Below, one piece after another: positions 1 to 9,362 of a DNA stretch of 64,000 bases (its first letter is position 1; each line of letters starts with the position of its first letter). Below the pieces are notes generated by a model that was not told where the DNA came from, ran no database searches, and worked only from the letters and a program-made list of their open reading frames with translations. The DNA comes from Patescibacteria group bacterium (GTDB taxonomy: Bacteria > Patescibacteriota > Microgenomatia > Levybacterales > UBA12049). Location: the NCBI GenBank assembly GCA_038062115.1, contig JBBTXS010000007.1, positions 5,448 through 69,447 on the forward strand, given 5' to 3'. The translations under genes were made by a program, and so were the position numbers.

Positions 1-633
1 CCTGATAAATATACTTCTTCCCATCATTTAGTTAAAACCTCTTATGGGTACCAACTGGGTGTTGCTAAGAACAATGGTTTAGAAACAACCAATCTTGCAA
101 CATTCTGTGGCGCAGGAGGTATAGATAATTGTACTTTATCTCCTAGTCTAGCACACGATATTTATCTAGCAGATGGCAATCTAAATCTTAACTCATACAC
201 GTTTCCTAGTGGGCAAAACTATGTAATCCTTGTTAATGGAAACTTAAGAATATTTGGAAACATAAACATTCCAGTTGGTTCAACCGCTACCTTCTCTGTT
301 TGGGGAAATATCTATGTAGCTAAGACTGTTGGAGAAACAGATCATTCAAAAACTACAACTACTATTAATGGTTTCTACTCTACAGACAAAAGCTTTATAG
401 TAGAAGGAACTAATGATTGTAGTATAGGAGTAGATAAGAGATTAAATATTGGAGGATCGGTAGTAGTAAACGCAGGTTTACTAGGAGGATCATTCCAAAA
501 CCAAAGAGACATTTGTGGAGGAAACATAAACTACCCAAGTGTTTATTTTACAGAGAGACTTGATCTAATACTCAATGCCCCACGCATTATTCAACACGCA
601 ACTAAAACATACAGAGAAGTCCCGCCGAAGTAA
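1..633 (+). CDS. hypothetical protein, C-terminal part (ORF runs off the left edge)
   Basis: Own translation: frame 1 is stop-free from base 1 to TAA 631-633 (...GQNYVILVNGNLRIFGNINIPVGSTATF...FYSTDKSFIVEGTNDC...). No family recognised. Confidence 0.45.
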   Translation, partial: PDKYTSSHHLVKTSYGYQLGVAKNNGLETTNLATFCGAGGIDNCTLSPSLAHDIYLADGNLNLNSYTFPSGQNYVILVNGNLRIFGNINIPVGSTATFSVWGNIYVAKTVGETDHSKTTTTINGFYSTDKSFIVEGTNDCSIGVDKRLNIGGSVVVNAGLLGGSFQNQRDICGGNINYPSVYFTERLDLILNAPRIIQHATKTYREVPPK

Positions 634-669
634 GGCTAAGGCAAATTTTATCATTGTGATATAGTTTAA

Positions 670-1554
670 GTGATGCCTTCTCAAAAACCACATTATCAGC
701 ACTTAAGAGATAAATGGACAGCCCGACATAGGGAATTGCAAGGAACGCTTTGGAGTAAGCATAAAGATTCACTTAGCTGGTTGGTGGATAAGTCAAAACA
801 ATTGGCAATTGGTTCTTCTTTGGGAGGGCTAATTATTTTTGGATTACCTCAAGTTCAACCTGTTTCTACCTCTAATTCTTTAACATTTAATGAGCAAATA
901 GCTCAAGATATAGACAAAAGTGTTTTTTTAATTTCAGACCTTTATAATGTTTTGCCAAAAGAAGTAAAGCCTTTAACATTTGGCGAAGAACAAAAAATTT
1001 CGGACATAATCTTTAGAAGTTTTGGCATTAAAGCAACGGCAGTATTTAATGGTAGAAAGCTTAATAGGAGTTATGGACTGATAGGTTTAGAGCAACATTT
1101 AGCGCGTTTTCCTGGAGATAATATGTATTCACATTTTGGTACTCAAGAGGAAGCGAAAAAGTTTTGGTCATCTGGCATGGCGCCTGGTGTTGGAGCATGG
1201 GGTTACTTTGCGCCGTCGAAAGATAAGCTTTTCGAAAAAGATAAATTGCGAGAAAAATATTACATTGCAGTACAAACTTTTTTAGCACCCGGATTTAATG
1301 AACACTTTGCTAAGTTTCGAGATTTTTTTAAATACAGAAAAATGTTGGTGGTTAACCCAAACAACGGAAAGGCAGTTGTTGCTGTAATTGGTGATGCAGG
1401 GCCTGCAGAGTTTACCGGTAAGCACATTGGAGGATCGCCAGAAGTTATGCATTATTTAGAGCGGGTTGATGGATCGCTAAAAGGACCGGTTATTTACTTT
1501 TTTATCGATGATCCAAATGATACAATTCCTTTAGGACCAATTGCCTTATCTTAA
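670..1554 (+). CDS. membrane-anchored hypothetical protein; C-terminal region weakly RlpA/DPBB-like
   Basis: ORF track 294 aa. Hydrophobic segment LAIGSSLGGLIIFGL. KMLVVNPNNGKAVVAVIGDAGPAEFTGKHIGGSPEVMHYL resembles a double-psi beta-barrel motif (by eye only). Confidence 0.5.
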   Translation: MMPSQKPHYQHLRDKWTARHRELQGTLWSKHKDSLSWLVDKSKQLAIGSSLGGLIIFGLPQVQPVSTSNSLTFNEQIAQDIDKSVFLISDLYNVLPKEVKPLTFGEEQKISDIIFRSFGIKATAVFNGRKLNRSYGLIGLEQHLARFPGDNMYSHFGTQEEAKKFWSSGMAPGVGAWGYFAPSKDKLFEKDKLREKYYIAVQTFLAPGFNEHFAKFRDFFKYRKMLVVNPNNGKAVVAVIGDAGPAEFTGKHIGGSPEVMHYLERVDGSLKGPVIYFFIDDPNDTIPLGPIALS

Positions 1555-1885
1555 TATTATGAAAAAGCATTTCTATAGCCATCTTATCGAAACATCAATA
1601 TTGTCTTTGGAGTTAGGGGATATGGATTTGTCTAAAGAAGAAAGAATCCATCTAGGCTTGCTGATTGATTCCAATATTCATAGCGTTATTTTAGATGCTA
1701 TTTTGTCTGAACTTTCAGAAAAAGATAAAAGGATATTTTTAGCTCACTTAGCAACCAACGATCATAATAAGATATGGACACATCTGAAAGCAAAGATTGA
1801 GAATATAGAAGAAAAAATCAAGAAAGCAGCGGAATCAATAAAACAAGAACTTCATCGAGATGTTAAGGAAGCGAAACGCAAGTAA
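1541..1885 (+). CDS. hypothetical protein (114 aa; alternative start 1559)
   Basis: ORF track; same strand and tightly packed with the upstream gene. No family recognised. Confidence 0.4.
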   Translation: MPYLNIMKKHFYSHLIETSILSLELGDMDLSKEERIHLGLLIDSNIHSVILDAILSELSEKDKRIFLAHLATNDHNKIWTHLKAKIENIEEKIKKAAESIKQELHRDVKEAKRK

Positions 1886-1904
1886 TTAGGTGTCGAAATT
1901 TAGC

Positions 1905-2342
1905 TTAAATGCGAATTTTGTAGCGTTTGAGAAGAGTTTTGCCAGATTTAAGTTTGGCTGTTATCTCGAATCTCATATTGGTTATATTGGTGTGATATCG
2001 GCAAACGTTTTTGGAGCATGTGCCAAACAAAAGTTCTCTAGTTGCCGTATTTCCTTGAGCCGGGTTTACTGATCCACCAGCTCCTTCTTCTTGACCGTTT
2101 GTTTGATATATAAGCATATACGAAACGCTTTGTGCGTTTTGTAAGTTGCCAAAATATATGCTGAGTGCTTTTCGATCGCTTCTTAGTTTTGGCGAGACAC
2201 TGATTCCTTTGGTCGAAGATTTTTGGGGCGTTATTGCTTTTTTGCTTACTTTTGATTGTGGAAGTACTTTTGCAGCATTAACAGCTTCGGTATAAAAAGA
2301 AAAAAGGAAAATTAAAGCAGTAAGAAATAATAGTTTTTTCAC
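1905..2342 (-). CDS. secreted hypothetical protein
   Basis: ORF track 145 aa. N-terminal signal-peptide-like MKKLLFLTALIFLFSFYTEAVNA. The overlapping + strand 60-aa ORF is ignored. Confidence 0.55.
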   Translation of the reverse strand: MKKLLFLTALIFLFSFYTEAVNAAKVLPQSKVSKKAITPQKSSTKGISVSPKLRSDRKALSIYFGNLQNAQSVSYMLIYQTNGQEEGAGGSVNPAQGNTATRELLFGTCSKNVCRYHTNITNMRFEITAKLKSGKTLLKRYKIRI

Positions 2343-2372
2343 TTATAATTAAATATAGCAAATAAAAATACT

Positions 2373-3056
2373 TTGGTCAAAAACATGTTATACTTTTATA
2401 GTATGACGAGGCTTTCGAGTTTTAAAATAATTATTATAATTATAATAGTTATAATTACAGTTCTAAGTATTGTTGTTTTTCTTGTTCAACCCAAAAAAAC
2501 AATTTCTCCTATTTCTTATAACCCTCAAGAAAACAAAACTATTGTAGCTTCTGATATAGCTTCTGAAAAACAGCCTCCAACAACTCTTAAAGAATACACA
2601 GATGAGGCTGGATTTAGTTTTAAGTATCCAGACGATGTTCTTGTAACTAAAAAAGAAGCAAATGATTCTACTATTTATGCAAATTTAGAACTTACTTCTA
2701 ACCAAAAAGGTAGCATATCGATTAAAATTGCAGATAGCAAACTTAAGTCTATTGATGATTGGTTTAAAAAAAGCAAGTTAGGCTCAGAAATGACAAATAA
2801 AAAAGAAATAAAAATTGGTGAAATTCCTGGTAGTGAAATGCAAGTGGATAATAAACTATTGGTAGTTGCACTAGATCAAGATATTCTATTTACAATAGAA
2901 GTTTCTCCACAAGATCAAAAGTATTGGCTTAATATATACGATACTATACTTTCAAGTTTTAATTTTGTTCCTCAGCCATCAAAACAGGAAACAGAAACTT
3001 TACCTTTGGACGATTCAAATACAGATGCTGTATTAGAAGAAGAAACTATAGAGTAA
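2373..3056 (+). CDS. membrane-anchored hypothetical protein
   Basis: ORF track 227 aa. Poly-Ile TM segment FKIIIIIIIVIITVLSIVVFLV. The start is uncertain (several in-frame Met). Confidence 0.5.
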   Translation: MVKNMLYFYSMTRLSSFKIIIIIIIVIITVLSIVVFLVQPKKTISPISYNPQENKTIVASDIASEKQPPTTLKEYTDEAGFSFKYPDDVLVTKKEANDSTIYANLELTSNQKGSISIKIADSKLKSIDDWFKKSKLGSEMTNKKEIKIGEIPGSEMQVDNKLLVVALDQDILFTIEVSPQDQKYWLNIYDTILSSFNFVPQPSKQETETLPLDDSNTDAVLEEETIE

Positions 3057-3064
3057 AAGAAGTT

Positions 3065-4264
3065 CTATTTTCTAATAAATAAAACCGCGTTTGGGATATT
3101 GCGGCCCGGACCAACTTTGTAGCCGTTGTACCAAAGGGCAGTAGAGCCACCATCATCAAGATTAAGTGCATTTTCAAGTCCAAGCGCTTTTAATGCGTGT
3201 GCAGCTTCCGCCACCGTTGCGTTGTGAACCACGCCTATATATGCGCTACTCCCCTTATTTCCTACAAAACTTCTTCCACCCTTGCTTCCTTTCTTGGGAT
3301 CACCATCTCCTCCAAAGATAATATTTCCTTTAGAGAGTAGTAATCCTTGGTTAGCAATCACTGCATTTACTCCAGTATCTCTCCCCCATTCTAAAGATTG
3401 ACCTCTTATTCCGGCAGAATTACCGGAGAAATATATAAGCGGAATGGTGCTATATTTATTGTTATCAGAATTAAAGTAAACTTTATTTTTATTCATAAGA
3501 AGAATATCAAAAGAATTTGCCTTGCCAGCACAAGTTGGGTATGATGCTGGGCAAAAGTACGATCCATTTACACCTCCATAAGCATTGCTTCTTGAGGCAT
3601 ACTCGCTTAGAGATAAGACTGGGCAATTGTCGCGACAGTCGGAGTCGGATGCTGTATCTACAATTACTCGAGTCGAATTTAGATCGGCTGTAATAATGTC
3701 AACCAAGAATGTGCCTATATCGGCTTTTACTTGTTGGCGGCTGTATCCTGAGGCAGGCGGCAAATTTTTGGTTGGAACATTTTGAGGAATAACAAATTGA
3801 GATACAAGTTTTTCTTGCTGTTGCCTTATCTGATTGTTAAGGCTTTCTAACAAGGCTTCCGAGGAAGCGTAATTTCGCTGTGAAAGTAAAACAATAGCAT
3901 CTGTAAAAAGGTTATCAAATTTTTCGGTTTTTTTGTCAATTTCTTTTAAAGACAAGAGTTTTTCGTAAGAGTCAACTCCTTTTTTGTAGGTTTTTTGGAT
4001 ATTGTCAATTTCTTCTTGAAGATTTTTATTATAAACGAATTGATCTTGCGTCTTTAAAAACTTTAGTTCTTTTTGCACAACTTCAAGGGCATTTTCTGCA
4101 CTTTGTTTTTGTGTAGTTAGAAGTGCAATTTGAGATTTTGTGCTTTTTATGTAACTAACTAAGAAAGACGCCAACACAACTAAGGCTATGCTTGCAATAA
4201 TAAAGTAGGTAGTAAAATATGGGTTTTTAACAACAGTTTTTGTAAGATGCGAAATTAAAGTCAT
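3065..4264 (-). CDS. phosphodiester glycosidase (DUF2233/NAGPA-like) family protein with N-terminal TM and coiled coil
   Basis: ORF track 399 aa. C-terminal LNLDDGGSTALWYNG motif is typical of the family. N-terminal TM helix. Confidence 0.65.
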   Translation of the reverse strand: MTLISHLTKTVVKNPYFTTYFIIASIALVVLASFLVSYIKSTKSQIALLTTQKQSAENALEVVQKELKFLKTQDQFVYNKNLQEEIDNIQKTYKKGVDSYEKLLSLKEIDKKTEKFDNLFTDAIVLLSQRNYASSEALLESLNNQIRQQQEKLVSQFVIPQNVPTKNLPPASGYSRQQVKADIGTFLVDIITADLNSTRVIVDTASDSDCRDNCPVLSLSEYASRSNAYGGVNGSYFCPASYPTCAGKANSFDILLMNKNKVYFNSDNNKYSTIPLIYFSGNSAGIRGQSLEWGRDTGVNAVIANQGLLLSKGNIIFGGDGDPKKGSKGGRSFVGNKGSSAYIGVVHNATVAEAAHALKALGLENALNLDDGGSTALWYNGYKVGPGRNIPNAVLFIRK

Positions 4265-4310
4265 GTTCTATAATTTAACATGTTAAACAAGAATAGAAAT
4301 GTCCGCTTTT

Positions 4311-4413
4311 TTGTCATTCCGAGTGCAGTGAAACGGAGTCGAGGAATCTCTCTCAACAGGCTCAGGTCAAACAGATCCCTCCACTCCGCTATCGCTACGG
4401 TCGGGATGACAAA
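4311..4413. repeat. TGTCAT...ATGACA hairpin repeat, copy in a divergent intergenic region
   Basis: TTGTCATTCCGAGTGCAGTGAAACGGAGTCGAGGAATCTC...GGTCGGGATGACAAA. Flanked by an 18-bp perfect IR at 4287-4304 / 4442-4459. Confidence 0.75.
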
Positions 4414-4515
4414 CCATGTAACTTATTGTGTCTCTTAAATAGGACATTTCTATTCTTGTCTGACAGTTCTATATTTAACATATCACACGTAATCAATATT
4501 TGCTACAATAGCTTT

Positions 4516-4932
4516 ATGGAAAGGCGAGAAAGCATAGAAACTTGGAATAAGAAAAAGATTTTTATAACTTTACTAATTGTTGTTGCAATAGTGGGATTTG
4601 GAGTAAAGACTTTTGTTTTAAGTAAGAATAAAGATTTTTTTAGTATGCATACGGTGCCAACTTTCTTGAAATCTGTTATGGGTGTAAATACGCAAAAAGA
4701 TAAGGAAAAAACTGCAAGCTCAACAAAAAAAACTACATCATCTTTGCCAATTCAGGCAGTTATTAAAGAGAAACTAGATGATTTAAAAAAAGAAGTAAAT
4801 AGCCTTAATGTTGTAGATATTGCCTCATCGTCTCCGCAGATTCAAAAAATAATTAACGACCTTAATTCACTTAGACAGTATCCAGTTAATGAAGCAAAAG
4901 ATATTTGTCAAAAGATTTGTGGCACGCTATGA
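4516..4932 (+). CDS. membrane-anchored hypothetical protein
   Basis: ORF track 4426..4932 starts at a non-ATG codon inside the repeat region. The first ATG is at 4516 (MERRESIETWNKKK + TM). Its stop overlaps the prfB start as ATGA. Confidence 0.5.
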   Translation: MERRESIETWNKKKIFITLLIVVAIVGFGVKTFVLSKNKDFFSMHTVPTFLKSVMGVNTQKDKEKTASSTKKTTSSLPIQAVIKEKLDDLKKEVNSLNVVDIASSSPQIQKIINDLNSLRQYPVNEAKDICQKICGTL

Positions 4933-5930
4933 ACGATATAAAAGAACAGGCTAAAAAGATTTTAGAAAAATTAAATATAGATAGCAAAGGGCAAAAAGTA
5001 AGGCAAATAGAGGCCGAGAGTGCACATCCTAATTTTTGGATTGATCATAAGATGGCTTCGGCAAAAATGAAGGAGTTAGCAAGTCTTCAGAAAGAAATAG
5101 AGGAGGCAGAATTATTGCAGGAATTTATTGGAAGTGGTCGCTATGATGAGGCTGAGGCGTTATTAAAAAAGCTTGAGATTTTACTTTATTTATCAGGCTA
5201 CTATGATAATAAAGACGCAATATTATCAATCCATGCAGGTCAAGGAGGGGTTGAGGCAATGGATTGGACCCAGATGCTATTTAGAATGTATATAAGGTAT
5301 TGTGAGAGAGAAGGGTTTAAATCTGAAATAATTGACGAAGCATTTGGGGAGGAAGCAGGATATAAAAGTGTTACCATAACGGTTGTGGGCAAATATGCTT
5401 ATGGATATTTAAAAGGCGAGGCAGGCGTGCATAGGCTCGTTCGCCAGTCGCCATTTAATGCTGATAATTTGCGCCAAACATCGTTTGCTTTAGTTGAAGT
5501 TTTGCCCCAGATTCAAGATAAGGAGGTAGAGTTAAAAGAAGACGATTTAGAATGGGATTTTTATAGAGCAAGTTCTCATGGGGGACAAAACGTACAGAAG
5601 GTTTCCTCAGCTGTTCGTCTAAAACATAAACCTACAGGTATTGTGATAACTGCTCAGTCAGAACGATATCAGGCTCAGAATCGCGAATATGCCCTGAAGA
5701 TTTTGCGAGGAAAACTTTGGACGCTTAAGGAAGAGGCAAGAAAAAAAGAGGAGCAAAAATTAAAAGGGGGATATAAAACCCCGGGCTGGGGAAATCAGAT
5801 CAGATCCTATGTTTTGCACCCATACCATATGGTAAAAGATTTGCGTACCAATTACGAGACGTCAAATACAGAGAAAGTTTTGGATGGAGAGCTGGATGGG
5901 TTTATAGAGGAAGAGCTAAGAAAATTGTGA
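4929..5930 (+). CDS. prfB: peptide chain release factor 2
   Basis: SPF tripeptide (RQSPFNAD) and GGQ motif (SSHGGQNVQK). The single uninterrupted ORF has no +1 frameshift site. Start 4929 gives an ATGA overlap with the upstream stop. Confidence 0.9.
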   Translation: MNDIKEQAKKILEKLNIDSKGQKVRQIEAESAHPNFWIDHKMASAKMKELASLQKEIEEAELLQEFIGSGRYDEAEALLKKLEILLYLSGYYDNKDAILSIHAGQGGVEAMDWTQMLFRMYIRYCEREGFKSEIIDEAFGEEAGYKSVTITVVGKYAYGYLKGEAGVHRLVRQSPFNADNLRQTSFALVEVLPQIQDKEVELKEDDLEWDFYRASSHGGQNVQKVSSAVRLKHKPTGIVITAQSERYQAQNREYALKILRGKLWTLKEEARKKEEQKLKGGYKTPGWGNQIRSYVLHPYHMVKDLRTNYETSNTEKVLDGELDGFIEEELRKL

Positions 5931-5978
5931 AATTAGTTATTGCGTCTGATGAGAAAAATTGCTAAAATGCAATAAGAT

Positions 5979-6245
5979 ATGCAAATTACAAGTACCATTT
6001 CGCTTCCCAAAAATTTAGCTCAAGAAGTAGAAAAGCAAGTAGAGAGAGGTAGATTTACCTCAAGCTCTGAGTTTGTCCGCTCTGCAATAAAAACGTATCT
6101 TCTTTTTCAAAAAGGAGAGCTTTCTTGGGAAATTCTGGCAGCTCCATTTAGGGCATACGCTAAACAAAAAAATTTGACGGAGAAAGATATATTAAGTATT
6201 GTTAAGAAAGGACATCATGCCAAAGCTTTCAAGGGTAGTAAGTGA
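5979..6245 (+). CDS. ribbon-helix-helix (CopG/ParD-like) antitoxin
   Basis: 88 aa. ISLPKNLAQEVEKQVERGRFTSSSEFVRSAIKTYL is a typical RHH pattern. Followed by a PIN fragment. Confidence 0.6.
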   Translation: MQITSTISLPKNLAQEVEKQVERGRFTSSSEFVRSAIKTYLLFQKGELSWEILAAPFRAYAKQKNLTEKDILSIVKKGHHAKAFKGSK

Positions 6246-6354
6246 CACGAATGTTTGGCTTTCTGCATTGTACTTCTTTGGTAAACCAGCACAAATAATT
6301 CATCTAATTGAAGAGAAAAAGATTATTTCTGTAAAGCCAGAACAGTTTCTGTAA
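6217..6354 (+). pseudogene. truncated PIN-domain toxin remnant (45 codons)
   Basis: Own translation MPKLSRVVSDTNVWLSALYFFGKPAQIIHLIEEKKIISVKPEQFL*. This matches only the N-terminal part of PIN toxins (compare the intact PIN at 60823..61254). It overlaps the RHH gene end and is followed by a hairpin repeat. Confidence 0.5.
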
Positions 6355-6377
6355 CTATTCAGTTCTTACCAACGGAT

Positions 6378-6447
6378 TTGTCATTGCGAGCGTAGCGAAG
6401 CAATCTCATGAGATCGCCACGGCTACTTCGTAGCCTCGCGATGACAG
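6378..6447. repeat. TGTCAT...ATGACA hairpin repeat
   Basis: TTGTCATTGCGAGCGTAGCGAAGCAATCTCATGAGATCGCCACGGCTACTTCGTAGCCTCGCGATGACAG. Outer IR at 6357-6371 / 6453-6467. Confidence 0.75.
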
Positions 6448-6563
6448 CTTACTGGTAAAAACTGAATACTTACCCATTTTCTGCTTGACATAATGTACAT
6501 AATTCTGTAATATTTATCCAGGACCTTTCAAAACCCCGCAGAAAAAAGGTGCTGGATTTACCT

Positions 6564-6839
6564 ATGACGCATACATTACCTATCACAAAAGCAAGAGAAG
6601 AACTAACGAATTTAGTTGAAAATGCTAAAAAGCGACTAGATGAGTATGTTATTACTGTAAATGGAAGGCCTGCTGCAGTTCTTATCTCTGTTGCTGAATA
6701 TGAGTCATGGAAAGAAACCATGGAAATTATGGTAGATCCGGAGCTTTTGAAAGCAATAAAAGAAGGCGAAGAAGACATAAAAAAAGGTCGTTATATCACG
6801 CTTGATCAGCTCAAAAAAGAGCTCAAGTTAGATGTTTGA
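6564..6839 (+). CDS. Phd/YefM family antitoxin
   Basis: LPITKAREELTNLVENA...VITVNGRPAAVLISVAEYESWKET. Overlaps the downstream RelE gene by 8 nt. The ORF track start 6549 is GTG; the ATG is at 6564. Confidence 0.8.
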   Translation: MTHTLPITKAREELTNLVENAKKRLDEYVITVNGRPAAVLISVAEYESWKETMEIMVDPELLKAIKEGEEDIKKGRYITLDQLKKELKLDV

Positions 6840-7083
6840 AGTTCGCATTTCCTCGAAGGCAGAAAAACAGATAAAACAAATTAAAAAGTTGTATCAGACA
6901 GCTATCCTTTCTGCTTTAGAAGAACTAAGAGAGGATCCTTTTGCAGGTAAACCTTTATCCAAAGATCTAACCGGTAGATTTTCCTATAAAATAAGCGTAT
7001 ATAGAATTATTTATAAAGTTGATCAACGGGATAAAGTTGTTGACATTATATTTGCCGGACACAGATCAATTATTTATGAATAG
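6832..7083 (+). CDS. RelE/ParE family toxin
   Basis: 83 aa with YRIIYKVDQRDKVVDIIFAGHRS. Operon with the Phd antitoxin. Confidence 0.8.
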   Translation: MFEVRISSKAEKQIKQIKKLYQTAILSALEELREDPFAGKPLSKDLTGRFSYKISVYRIIYKVDQRDKVVDIIFAGHRSIIYE

Positions 7084-7288
7084 TTTTAAATAGAAACACT
7101 AGATAAATTAAAAACTATTTTAGAGAAGGATGAAGCATGAAAAGTTTGAAATGGAATATAGGGAAAGTTGAGATTTTTCAAATTAACCAGCTGGCGAAGC
7201 TAGTCTACATCTAAGGTGGACGATTTTCATTCTCTTCGGGGTTGTCAAAATGCTTGAAATGTGATTTACTTATCTTAAGAAGTATGGA

Positions 7289-7771
7289 GTGAGATATCAA
7301 AGTATGGATGATAAATCAAATTCTACATCGCTATCGAATAATCTAGTTAAAAACTTAAATATTTCTAGTTCTTCTATTTTTACTTCAAAATTAATTATTG
7401 CATTAATTGTTGTAATTATACTTGGGGTTGGTACGGGTTATGTTTTTAGAAAAAAAGAGTCAATCAATAATACAGGCGTTGTAAAGGAATCTGTAAGCAC
7501 CTCTTTAGAGTCAAGGGAAGTTGTGGGGTCAAGTGATACTAAAACTTTTAAAGATACTGCGACTGGTAATTTAAAGGTAGGTGGAATCGGAGGAGAGGGA
7601 GCTTATCATTTAGTAAGGCCAGGCGGAGATAGCCAGAATGTATATCTTACTTCTTCCATAGTTGATCTGTCTATATATGTAGGCAAAAAGGTTACAGTAT
7701 GGGGGCAAACACAAAAAGCTCAAACTGCCGGTTGGCTAATGGATGTTGGGAGAGTAGAAGTTTTAGAATAA
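7289..7771 (+). CDS. membrane-anchored hypothetical protein
   Basis: ORF track 160 aa. TM segment LIIALIVVIILGVGTGYVF. Confidence 0.5.
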   Translation: MRYQSMDDKSNSTSLSNNLVKNLNISSSSIFTSKLIIALIVVIILGVGTGYVFRKKESINNTGVVKESVSTSLESREVVGSSDTKTFKDTATGNLKVGGIGGEGAYHLVRPGGDSQNVYLTSSIVDLSIYVGKKVTVWGQTQKAQTAGWLMDVGRVEVLE

Positions 7772-7774
7772 AGC

Positions 7775-8461
7775 ATGATAAAGTTAGAAAAAGTCTCAAA
7801 AAAATTTGCAACTGGAGCTTTTGGGCTTTCTGATATTAGCGTTGCAGTAGATAAAGGAGAATTTGTATTTTTGGTAGGGCCAACTGGTGCTGGCAAAACA
7901 ACAATTTTTAGATTAATCACTCGAGAAATGCTTCCGACATTAGGAACAATAATAGTAGATAATTGGGATGTCGTAAAGCTGCCTCATAGTAAGATCAATC
8001 ATCTTAGAAAAAAAGTGGGTGTGGTATTTCAGGATTTAAAACTTTTAATGGATAGGACAATATTCGAAAACACTATTTTGCCTCTTGAAGTTGCGGGAGC
8101 AAAGTCAACGGAGAGAGACAGGAAAACAGAAGAAGTGCTAGAAAAGGTTGGCATAATTAACCATAGAGATAAATTTCCAGTTCAACTTTCTGGCGGAGAA
8201 TTGCAACGGGCTGCAATTGCAAGGGCATTAGTTCTAACTCCCGAGATTGTTTTAGCAGATGAGCCAACTGGAAATTTAGATTCCGAAACCGCATTTGGAA
8301 TAGTAAAACTTTTAGAAGACATAAATAAAAAAGGGACAACAATTATTATGGCGACTCATAATACAGAAATTATTAAAAATCTTCCCAGAAGAGTTATTGG
8401 TTTAGACAAAGGAAGATTAGTTCGCGATGATAAGACTAAAAAAGAAGAAAAGAAAGGATAA
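7775..8461 (+). CDS. ftsE: cell division ATP-binding protein FtsE
   Basis: Walker A GPTGAGKTT, signature LSGGELQR, Walker B VLADEPTGNLD. Followed directly by ftsX. Confidence 0.9.
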   Translation: MIKLEKVSKKFATGAFGLSDISVAVDKGEFVFLVGPTGAGKTTIFRLITREMLPTLGTIIVDNWDVVKLPHSKINHLRKKVGVVFQDLKLLMDRTIFENTILPLEVAGAKSTERDRKTEEVLEKVGIINHRDKFPVQLSGGELQRAAIARALVLTPEIVLADEPTGNLDSETAFGIVKLLEDINKKGTTIIMATHNTEIIKNLPRRVIGLDKGRLVRDDKTKKEEKKG

Positions 8462-8472
8462 GAGGAAAAGAA

Positions 8473-9336
8473 ATGACATTTAAGACAACTTGGCGGAACA
8501 TCAGACGCTCTCCGTATCAGGCATTTGCGGCGATTCTTATTATGATGTTAACTTTTCTTGTAGCATCTTTTTTTACTTTTCTTTTGGTAGGCTCGTCAAA
8601 GGTTATTACCTATTTCGAGTCGAAACCAACCTTGACTTCCTTTTTTCGAAACGAAGCTAAACAGGAAGATATAGAATCTTTAGAAAAAAAATTGAAGTCA
8701 ACTGGAAAAGTTGCTGCGGTTAAATTTGTATCTAAACAAGAAGCCCTCAAGATATATCGCCAACAAAACAAGAACGATCCACTGCTTTTAGATTTAGTAA
8801 CAGAGGATATTTTGCCTGCTTCTCTTGAAATATCTGCAATTAAAATTGATGATTTACCCTCGATTCATAGCATATTAAAAAGTTCGCCAAATGTTTCCGA
8901 AGTAATCTACCAAAAAGAAGTGGTGTCTGCTTTGACATCTTGGACAAACGCTTTACGAAAAATAGGAATAGGTTTGATAGTTATTCTTGGGTTAGTTTCG
9001 GTATTTATTATAGTAACAATAATTGGAATTAAAATTTCGCAGAAGAAAAACGATATTGAAATTATGCGGCTCATTGGAGCAAGTAGTTGGTATGTTCGTT
9101 GGCCGTTTATAATTGAGGGAATTTTTTATGGCATCGTTGGAACGTTTCTTGGTTTCGGAATAGCAACTGGTTCCATTTGGTATTTAGCGCCATTCTTGTC
9201 TGATTTTCTGAAGGGTATACCAATCTTTCCAGTTTCTCCAATTTTTCTGTTTGCGCTATTAGGCGCAGAACTCGCGATTGCTATTGTGCTTGGCGCTTTT
9301 TCGAGTTTTTTGGCAGTCCTTAGATACTTGAAATAA
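8473..9336 (+). CDS. ftsX: cell division permease-like protein FtsX
   Basis: 287 aa. N-terminal TM, periplasmic domain and three C-terminal TMs. Position immediately after ftsE. Confidence 0.85.
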   Translation: MTFKTTWRNIRRSPYQAFAAILIMMLTFLVASFFTFLLVGSSKVITYFESKPTLTSFFRNEAKQEDIESLEKKLKSTGKVAAVKFVSKQEALKIYRQQNKNDPLLLDLVTEDILPASLEISAIKIDDLPSIHSILKSSPNVSEVIYQKEVVSALTSWTNALRKIGIGLIVILGLVSVFIIVTIIGIKISQKKNDIEIMRLIGASSWYVRWPFIIEGIFYGIVGTFLGFGIATGSIWYLAPFLSDFLKGIPIFPVSPIFLFALLGAELAIAIVLGAFSSFLAVLRYLK

Positions 9337-9362
9337 TATTTTTTCTTTGCTATTTATTATGT

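Noticed and set aside
6470-6778. 102-aa minus-strand ORF, plus similar antisense ORFs (1061..1288, 10290..10649, 11001..11312, 19190..19576, 28867..29205, 34864..35088 and others)
   Set aside because: Each lies opposite a CDS with clear family motifs. The translations are Ser/Ile/Phe-rich, as expected for antisense AT-rich coding DNA.
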